DNA of 29,102 nt from Chiloscyllium plagiosum (Eukaryota), in assembly GCF_004010195.1 (NCBI RefSeq), contig NC_057719.1:20068480-20097581 (forward strand). Reading direction: 5' to 3'. Under the pieces are notes generated by a model. It saw only the letters and a list, made by a program, of their open reading frames with translations. It did not search any database and was not told the DNA's origin. The translations under genes and the position numbers were made by a program. This document shows, piece by piece, positions 10,190 to 19,002 of the stretch (the first letter of the stretch is position 1; every line of letters begins with the position of its first letter).

Positions 10190-10660
10190 CAGCTTTGTCT
10201 CAGTTGGAAACAGAGAGAAAGTAAGGACGGCAGGTGCTGGAGATCAGAGTTGAGAGTGTGGTGCTGGAAAAGCACAGCAGGTCAGGCAGCAACCGAGAAG
10301 CAGGAGAATCGACGTTTTGGGCATATTCATGAATGAAAGGGGTTATGAAGTGCTTATGCTCGAAACGTCGATTCTCCTGCTCCTTGGATGCTACCTGACC
10401 TATTATGCTTTTCCAGCACCACACTGTTGACTCAGTTGGTAACACTCTGTTTTCTGACTCAGAGGGTTCTGAGTTCAAGTCCTGCTCTGAGTATTTGGTA
10501 CAAAAAATAATTCAGACTGGCTTCTGGGGCACTGCCGCACTATTTAGAAGTTTCATCCCTCAGATGAGACAGCAAACCATAGCCTCATTTACCTGCTATC
10601 TATTATTTGCACTGTCTTATCCTGACCATGAGGAAGATTGGATGTTGTCCTGTTACCATT
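10190..10660 (+). mobile_element. Decayed SacSINE1/DeuSINE-like SINE with its head interrupted by a PLE fold-back element
   Basis: With the insert removed it reads gtctcagttggtaacactctgttttctgactcagagggttctgagttcaagtcc (tRNA A/B boxes), then cagatgagacagcaaacc (Deu-domain-like). Confidence 0.55.
10213..10430. mobile_element. Short PLE-derived fold-back element
   Basis: Inverted arms, with both hammerheads truncated at the centre. 14-bp TSD ctcagttgg(a/t)aaca at 10199-10212 and 10431-10444. Confidence 0.85.
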
Positions 10661-10696
10661 CTATTGACATTTGATATGATACTGGACATTGTTGAC

Positions 10697-10999
10697 CATA
10701 GAATCCTTACAATTCAAAAAACAAACAACCCATTGAATCTACAGCAACCCTCTGAAGAACTTTCCTCTCAGACCCGTCCCATTACTGTAACTCCACATTT
10801 CCCACTGCTAACCCACCTCTCCTGGACTGTGGGCAATTTTCTTTGCATGACTAATCCTTCTAACCTGCATATTTTTCAACTGTGGGAGAAAACCCATGCA
10901 GACACAGAGAACATGCAAACTTCACACAGACACTTGTCCAAGGCTGGAATTGAACTCAGCTCCCTGGTGCTGTGAGATAGCAGTGTGCCACCATGCCAC
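10697..10999 (-). mobile_element. HE1-type V-SINE
   Basis: ctaacctgcatatttttcaactgtgggagaaaacccatgcagacacagagaacatgcaaacttcacacagac...ctggtgctgtgagatagcagtg. Confidence 0.85.
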
Positions 11000-11229
11000 T
11001 AAGCTTGATAGCTTCACATATTTTCATTGTAAAATCACACAGGTCCTCTGAGTATGAAGCCCATTATTATTCCATTAATAGTGCTGATTGACTAACTCTA
11101 TCAGTTAGTTTATTTCAAACAGTAGAACATATTCAAAGGTAACAGCCATTGTACAAATCTTTTAGTTTGCTTTAAAGCTAAAAATTGCAGAAAACCAGGT
11201 TATAGTCCAACAGGTTCATTTGGAAACAT

Positions 11230-11258
11230 TAGCTTTCTGAGCGCTGCTCCTTCATCAG
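11230..11258 (-). ncRNA. Minimal hammerhead ribozyme motif (second PLE family)
   Basis: cac-CUGAUGA-A-GGAG-CAGCG-CUCA-GAAA-G-CUA-aug. Palindromic AGCU, CUA cleavage triplet, one mismatch each in stem I and stem II. Confidence 0.65.
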
Positions 11259-11644
11259 GTGGTTGTGCAGTATAAGATCATAAGACACAGAATGTATAGC
11301 AAAAGTTTACAGTGTGACATAACTGAAACTATATATTGAAAAAGACCTGGATTGTTTAAGTCTCTCATCTTTTAAAATGAACATGTTAGTTTCAGTTCTT
11401 CCATCTGTAAATCACAGAACTTTTTTAAAGTTACATTCTCAAGTGAACTTTAACAATTGGTGTCATGTCGGCCCAGATAATGCACTGAAGGTGTGAGCTG
11501 CCCTGTGTGAGACTGTCTGTGCCACAATGTTCAGATTGATTCTAATATAAAAAAATAGATTTACAGAATCTCACATGGACTCATGCGGTTTTTGAGCAAA
11601 ATAAAATGTAATTCTGCAAGTACAAATTCACCCCACAAACTTAT

Positions 11645-11985
11645 AAGTGTTTGTGTGTGCATGTGGGTGTATTTGTTGAGGGGGTGCAGTTTATGAGTGT
11701 CTGTGAGAGTGTGTATGTGTGTGAATGTGAGTGTAAAGAGGTATAAGTCTGTGAGAGGTTGTATGTATGTGTGTGAATGTGGGAGTGTATGTGTGAGCGT
11801 ATGAGAGAGAGCTTGTGTATGAGGGAGGGTCTAGGTGAGTGTATGGGTCTGTAGGAGTGTGTGTGTGTGTGTGTCTGTAAGAGTGTGTGTGTGTAGGAGT
11901 TTGTGTGTGTATGAGTATGTATGTCTAGGAGTGTCTGTGCGTATGAGTGTGTCTCTGTGTGTTATCTGTGTCTGTATGTAGTGCA
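11645..11985. repeat. Imperfect (TG)n-rich low-complexity tract inside the PLE
   Basis: gtgtgtatgtgtgtgaatgtgagtgt... with a perfect (GT)n run around 11857-11874. Confidence 0.9.
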
Positions 11986-12324
11986 GTGGGGTCACCCATA
12001 GTGTGACATGAACCCAAGATCCTGGTTGAGTCCATCCCCATAGGTACCAAACTTGGCTACTTTGTGTTGTTGCCGGACCTACAGTCCGTCTTGGAGGATG
12101 GTCACCCGAAGGTCCAAAGTTGAACTTTCTGGACCGTTGAAGTATTCCCCAACTGGAAGGGAACTTTCCTGTTGTGCGGTGTCCATTCATCCATTGCCAT
12201 AGCCTCTGCTCAGTCTCACCAATGTACCATGCCTCAGGGCATCCTTGCCTGCAGCGTATGAGATAGACAATGTTAGCTGTGACTCATGCGACTCAGCTAA
12301 CGCTGTCTATCGCATACGCTACAC

Positions 12325-14272
12325 GTAAGGTGTTTATTAAAGATGTTGAATCCCTTGTCAAGAGGAAGAAGAAGGTTTATGTTAGGATGACACGTGAAGG
12401 CTCAACTAGGGCACTTAAAAGATACAAGTTAGCCAGGAAAGAGCTAAAGAGAGAGCTCAGAAGAGCCAGGAGGAGACATGAGAAGTCATTCGCAGGTAGG
12501 ATCAAGCAAAACCCTAAAGCTTTCTAAAGGTATATCAGGAATAAAAGAATGAGTAGAGAAAGTTTAGGGCCAATCAAGGATAGTAGTGGGAAGTTGCGCG
12601 TGAAGTCCAAGGAGATAGAGGAAGCGCTGAATGAATATTTTTTGTCAGTATTCACACTGGGAAAAGACAATATTGTTGAGGACAATACTGAGATACAAGC
12701 TACTAGACTAGACAGGATTGAGGTTCACAAGGAGGAGGTGTTAGAAATTCTGGGAAGTGTGAAAATAGATAAGTTCCCTGGACCAGATGGAATTTATTTT
12801 AGGATTCTCTGGGAAGACAGGGAGGAGATTGCAGAGCCTTTGGCTTTGATTTTTATGAGATCATTACCTACAGGAATCATGCCTGAAGACTGGAGGATGG
12901 CAAATGTTGTTCCCTTGTTCAAGAAAGAGAGTAGAGACAACCCTAGCAATTATAGACCAATGAGTCTTACTTCGGTTGTGGGTAAAGTGTTGGAAAAGGT
13001 TATAAGAGATAGGATTTATAATCATCTAGAAAGGAATACATTGATTAGGGATAGTCAACACGGTTTTGTGAAGGGTAGGTCATGACACACAAACCTGATT
13101 GGGTTCTTTGAGAAAGTGACCAAACAGGTGGATGAGGGTAAAGTGATTGATGTGGTGTATATGGATTTTAGTAAGGAGTTTGATGAGGTTGCCCATAGTA
13201 GGCTATTGAACAAAATACAGAGGCATTGGATTAAGGGTGATTTAATGGCTAAGATCAGAAATTGACTAGCTGAAAGATGATGATGGATGATGGGAAATGT
13301 TCATCCTGGAGTTCAGGTACTTGTGGTGTACCGCAAAGATGTGTTTTAGGTCCACTGCTGTTTGTCATTTTTATAAATGACCTAGATGAGAGTGTCAAAA
13401 AATAGGTGGAGTTTTGAATACTGCCAAAGGATGTTGCAGGTTACAGAGGGAGATAGATAAGCTGCAGAACTGGGCTGAGAGGTGGCGAAAGGAGTTTAAT
13501 GTGGAAAAGTGTGAGGTGATTCACTTTGGAAGGAGCAACAGGAATAAAGAGTACTGGGCTAATGGTACGATTCTTGGTAGTGTAGATGTGCTGAGAGATC
13601 GCTGTGTTCATGTACATAGATTCTTGAAAGTTGCCACCAGGTTGATATGGTTGTTAAGAAGGCATACGGTGTATTAGCTTTTATTGGCAGAAAGATTGAG
13701 TTTCAAAGCCATGAGGTCATATTGCAGCTGTACAAAACTCTGTTGCAGCTGCATATTGCGTACAGTTCTGGTTACCACATTCAAGGAAGGATGTGGCAGT
13801 GATGGAACAGGTTCAGTGGAGATTTACTGGGATGTTGCCAGGTATGGTGGGAAGGTCTTATGAGGAAAGGCTGAAGGACATGAGGCTGTTTTCGTTAGAG
13901 AGAAGAAGGTTGGGAGGTGACTTAATTGAGACATGTAAGATGATCAGAGGGTTTGATAGAGTGGAGAGTGTGAGCGTTTTTCCTTGGATAGTGATGGCTA
14001 GCATGAGGTGACATAGCTTTCAATTGAGGGGTGATAGATATAGGACAGATGTCAGAGGTAGTTTCTTTACTCAGAGAGAAGTAGTGATGTGTAATGCCCT
14101 GCCTACTACAGTAATAGACTCGCCAACTTTAAGGGCATTTAAATGGTCATTGGATAAGCATATGGATAAAAATGGAATAGTACAGGTTAGATGGGCTTCA
14201 GATTGGTTCCACAGGTTGGCGCAACATTGAGGGGCAAAGAGCCTGTATGGCGCTGTAATGTTCTATGTTCTA
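12325..14272 (+). mobile_element. CR1 LINE, 5'-truncated and decayed
   Basis: ORFs 12549..13085 (KFPGPDGIY, NYRPMSLTSVVGKVLE, QHGFVKGRS), 13414..13677 and 13793..14230. Tail tgttctatgttcta. Confidence 0.95.
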
Positions 14273-14384
14273 ATACAGTTTAACAGCAAATGGAAAGAAA
14301 AAATCAGTCTGAAGGTGTTGAATGAGAATGGGCTCATCAGGAACAGTTGTCTTCCATCTCCACTATGGTCATCTGCACTCAAAG

Positions 14385-14712
14385 TTTATGCAGTGGTAAT
14401 ATAATTGTTATCTAAATTACTAATTCCAATCCCCAGGATGATGTTCTGAGACATGTATTGAAAACTCACCATGACAGATGGTAAAATTTGAACTCAATAA
14501 AAATAATTTTTAGTTTGAAAAAAGCTAGCCTACTGGCAATCACTGATTGTCATTAAAAACTCATTAGGTTTATTAATGTCCTTTCGGGAAGGAAATCTGC
14601 TGTCCTTGCCGGGTCTGATCAATATACAAGTACAGCCCCACAACAATGTGCTTGATTCTTAACTAGCCTCTGAAATGGCCCAAGAAAAATCAATGGGCAA
14701 TGAATGGTGGCC
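14385..14712 (+). mobile_element. tRNA-derived SINE, family B
   Basis: gcagtggtaatata...taattccaa...actaatgtcctttcgggaaggaaatctgctgtccttgcc...cccacaacaatgtg...cttaactagcctctgaaatggcc-like body, homologous to 26001-26215. Confidence 0.7.
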
Positions 14713-15244
14713 CAAAACACATGAAAAATTATCATTTAGCTGCAGAAGTGGACAGCTATCAATGTTCAGAGAATGATATATCAGAGTCCGCTCACAACAG
14801 AAGAGCAGTGAAGTGCAATGGAAAATAAAATGTAAGTTAAGTTCTGTCATAAGCATCCTTTCAGACAAATCATCTCTTATGTCTGGACATGTCTTACACC
14901 AGGACAACTAAATTATACTTAATGTCAATCTTTTTTGGGATTGAACATTATAATTAAATCCTTTTAAATAGCAAGAAACAATAGTTCATGTTCAATCAGA
15001 ATTTCTGCTATTTTCTTGGATAATGTTGGTTTTACATTTTCTGAAGGTTGCTTAGACATAATCGACAGTCAAAGTCAAGAAAGGCTACGTAATAGCCTCC
15101 ATACAATCTGCAACCTATCTGACAGTGGTTATTCAGCTTAGCAAATACCAACTACCCTCTGATGTGAATACTAAATACAGCTTAGACATAGGATTCCTTA
15201 TCACCCTCTCCTCCATGCCAACACTCATCTGACCACCATGAACG

Positions 15245-15745
15245 TCTATGACCTAGGGATGACTGCAGTGTCATCGCCTTCTCTGCACCAGATTTGCAAG
15301 TCATTGATCTCTTGTACATAAGAGAATCAGCCTGTCTTTGAATGTTGCAAAAACAAAACTCATATCAACTCATATCTGGTCGGTCAAATATTCCACCTCC
15401 TGTATATTTCGAAGGATGACCTCTGGAAAATGTTGAGTATTTCCCATACTTTGACAGCCACCATTGATAAAGGGATTCCAATATTGAATTAGCTGCACTG
15501 ACTCTGCTTCTATATGCTTTGGCAATGAGGGCTTGACTACAAAGAACTTTGCAGTCAACACAGTGCCTGATGTACAGAGCCATTGCTGTCACCACATTCC
15601 TTTAATGTGGCGAAATATGGACTGTATGTCAGTGACAAATAAGAGTGTGAGAGAAACATCCCAGCCATGCCTCTACTGCATTCTCTGGAATAAGTGAAAG
15701 AACCACTAAACAAATGGCAGTATCATTCCTGAAGTAAGATCTACA
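15245..15745 (+). mobile_element. Old RTE-clade LINE, RT/C-terminal fragment
   Basis: Frameshifted peptides DDCSVIAFSAPDLQ, RISLSLNVAKTKL, LENVEYFPYFDS and MYRAIAVTTFL*CGEIWTV match RTE motifs (YADD..., LENVDHFPYLGS, VYRAVV.TTLLYGSETWT). Confidence 0.75.
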
Positions 15746-16004
15746 CTCAGGTGAACCATCTGCAGAATCAATAATGACAGAATCGGCACTGAGTGTAGAT
15801 AGCTGACAGGTGAGCCCCCAACCAGTTGAGTTTTCCCAACTCTCAAATGGCCTGGTTTTTGGCAGCGAAACAAAGAAAACTCTATAAATTTATACAATGC
15901 TAATGATTTATCTGTGGGTGACTATTGGTTGACAGGTATCGAGATGGGAAGATGAGACATTTTCAGCATTCTCTGTCTCTACCAAATCCAGTCAGATCAG
16001 TTAT

Positions 16005-16442
16005 TGGATTAAATAGACTGGGACTATATTCATTAGAATTTAGAAGAATGAAGGGGGATGTTACAGAAGCATATAAAATTATGAAGAGAATAGATAAGAT
16101 AGAAGCAGGGAGGTTGTTTCCACTGGTGGGTGAAACTAGAACTAGTGGGCATAACCTCAAAATAAGGGAGAGCTGATTGAGGACTGAGCGGGGAAGGAAC
16201 TTCATTCACTGGACGGGTCACGAATCTGTGGATTTCTCTGCCCAGTGAAACAGGCGAGGCTACCTTATTGAATATTTTCAAGGCAACGAGAGATAGATTT
16301 TTGAACAGTAAAGGAATTAAAAGTTATGGTGAGTGGGTGGGTAAGTGGATCTGAATCCACAAAAAAAAGATCAGCAATGATCTTTGAATGGTGGAGCAGG
16401 CTCGAAGGACCAGATAGCTTACTCCTGCTCCTATTTCTTATA
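16005..16442 (+). mobile_element. CR1 LINE 3' fragment
   Basis: LNRLGLYSLEFRRMKGDVTEAYKIMKRIDK..RTSGHNLKI. The 3' UTR ends ctcctgctcctatttctta, tail-to-tail with the next CR1. Confidence 0.88.
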
Positions 16443-18276
16443 GAACATAGAACATAAAATATTACAGCACAGTACAGGCCCTTTGGCCCTCGATGTTGTT
16501 CCGACCTATGGAAGCAATCTGAAGCCTATCTACCTACACTATTCCATTTTCATCCATATGTTTATCCAATGACCATTTAACTGTCCTTAAAGTTGGCGAG
16601 TTAAAACTGTTGCAGGCAGTGCGTTCCATGCCCCTACCACTCTCTGAGTAAAGAAACTACCTCTGACATCTGACTTATATCTATCACCCCTCAATTTAAA
16701 GCTATGCCCTCTCATGCTAGCTATCACCATCTGAGGAAAAAGGCTGTCGCTCTCCACCCCAACAAACCCTCTGATTATCTTATATGTCTCAATTCAGTCA
16801 ACCTCCTTCTCTCTAATGAAAACAGCCTCAAGTCCCTCAACCTTTCCTCATAAGAACTTGCCTCCATATGAGGCAACATCCCAGTAAATCTCCTCTGAAC
16901 GCTTTCCAATAGCTTCCACATTCTTTCTATAATGCGGTGACCAGAACATTATGCAATGCTCAAGTGTGGCCACACCAAAGTTTTGTACAGCAGCAGCATG
17001 ACTTCGTAGCTCCAAAACTCAATCCCTCTACCAATAAAAGCTAACACACCGTACTTCGTAACAACCCTATCAACCATGGCAACATTCAGGCAGCTATATA
17101 CATGGACACTGAGTTCTCTCAGCACATCTACGCTACCAAGAATCGTACCATTAGCCCAATAATCTTTATTCCTGTTGCTCCTTCCAAAGTGAATCACTTC
17201 ACACTTTTCCACATTAAACTCCTTTTGCCACCTCTCAGCCCAACTCTGCAGCTTATCTATGTCTCTGTGTAACCTACAACATCCTTTGGCAGTATCCACA
17301 ACTCCACCAACTTTAATGTCATCTGCAAATTTACTAACCCATCCTTCTATGCCCTCATCTCGGTCATTTATAAAAATGACAAACAGCAGTAGCCCCAAAA
17401 CAGATCCTTGCGGTACACCACTAGTAACTGAACTCCAGGATGAACATTTCCCCATCAACCACCACGCTCTGTCTTCTTTCAGCTAGCCAATTTCTGATCC
17501 ATACTGCTAAATCACCCTCAATACCATGCCTCCATATTTTGTGCAATAGCCTACTGTGGGCAACTTTATCAAATGCCTTACTGAAATCATATACACTACA
17601 TTAACTGCTTTACCCTCATCCACCTGTTTGGTCACCTTCTCAAAGAACTCAATATGGTTTGTGAGACACGGCCTATCTTTCACAAAACTGTGTTGACTGT
17701 ACCTAATCAACTTATTCTTCTCTAGGTGATTATAAATCCTATTTCTTATAACCTCTTCCAACACATTCCCCACAACTGAAGTAAGGTTCACTATAATTAC
17801 CAGGGTTGTCTTTACTCCCTTTCTTGAAAAAGCAGACAATATTTGCCATCCTCCAGTCTTTTGGCACTATTCCTTTAGACAAGGATGACATAAAGATCAA
17901 AGCCAAAGACTCTGCAATCTCCTCCCAGCCTTCCCAGAAAATCCTGGGATAAATCCCATCTGGCCCAGGGGACTTACCTGTTTTCACCCATCCCTTTCCA
18001 TCGCTAAATTAAACATAACCGAACTGTGGTCACTATCACCAAAGTGCTCTCCTACCTCCAAATCTAACACCTGGCCAGGTTTATTACCCAGTACCAAATC
18101 CAATATGGCTTTGCCCCTTGTTAGCCTTTTTGCATACTGTGTCAGGAAACCATCCTGCACACATTGGACAAAAACTGACCCATTTAAATTACTCAAATTA
18201 TTGTATTTCCAGGGCTGAAAAATGTTGCGCTGGAAAAGTGCAGCAGGTCAGGCAGCATCCAAGGAGCAGGAGAATC

Positions 18277-18304
18277 GACGTTTCAGGCATAAGCCCTTCT
18301 TCAG
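18277..18304 (-). ncRNA. Minimal hammerhead ribozyme motif
   Basis: CUGAAGA-A-GGGC-UUAU-GCCU-GAAA-C-GUC on the minus strand. Confidence 0.68.
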
Positions 18305-18974
18305 GAATGATGAGGGTGTGCCAAGCAGGCTTAGATAAAAGGTAGGGAGGAGGACTTGGAGGAGGGGCGTTGGGAATGCGATAGGTGGAAGGAGGTTAAG
18401 GTGAGGGTGATAGGCCGGAGAGGGGGAGAGGTCGGGAAGAAGATTGCAGGTCAAGAAGACAGTGCTGAGTCCGAGGGTTGGGACTGAGATAAGGTGGGAG
18501 GAGGGGAAATGAGAAAGCTGGAGAAATCTGCATTCATCCCTTGTGGTTGGAGGGTTCCTAGGCGGAAGATGAGGTGCTCTTCCTCCAGGCGTCGTGGTTG
18601 CCATGGTCTGGCGATGGAGGAAGCCAAGGAGTGGGAGAGGGAGTTAAAGTGTTCAGCCACGGTGCGGTTGGGTTGATTGGTGCGGGTGTCCCAGAGGTGT
18701 TCTCTGAAACGTTCTGCAAGTAGGCGGCCTGTCTCCCCAATGTCGAGGAGGCTACATCGGGTGCAGCGGATGCACCTTATCTCAGTCCCAGCCCTCAGAC
18801 TCAGCACCACATTCTTGACCTGCAATCTTCTTCCCGACCTCTCCGCCCCCACCCCCTCTCTGGCCTATCACCCTCACCTTAACCTCCTTCCACCTATCGC
18901 ATTCCCAACGCCCCTTCCCCAAGTCCCTCCTCCCTACCTTATTTCTTAGCCTGCTTGGCACGCTTTCCTCATTC

Positions 18975-19002
18975 CTGATGAAGGGCTTATGCCCGAAACG
19001 TC
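18975..19002 (+). ncRNA. Minimal hammerhead ribozyme motif
   Basis: CUGAUGA-A-GGGC-UUAU-GCCC-GAAA-C-GUC: canonical core, perfect stem II, GUC triplet. Confidence 0.78.

Larger units (their letters stand above)
11174..12322 (-). mobile_element. Penelope-like retroelement, 3' part (GIY-YIG endonuclease remnant, TG-rich spacer, terminal repeat with hammerhead)
   Basis: Minus-strand translation from 12277 gives ANIVYLIRCRQGCPEAWYIGETEQRLWQWMNGHRTT (GIY-YIG). Hammerhead at 11230-11258. Short inverted piece at the 5' end. Confidence 0.88.

Noticed and set aside
9567..10430. Inverted-repeat elements as DNA-transposon MITEs, or the repeats as a CRISPR-like array
   Set aside because: The arms match those flanking a GIY-YIG PLE remnant, are asymmetric and have variable TSD lengths. 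There is no regular repeat-spacer periodicity and the DNA is eukaryotic.
11831..11990. HT-rich peptide THTLTDTHTHT
   Set aside because: Translation of the (CA/TG)n tract.
14740..14837. Possible exon ttag|ctgcagaag...aaaat|gtaagt
   Set aside because: All three frames hit a stop before the donor, and the polypyrimidine tract is weak.
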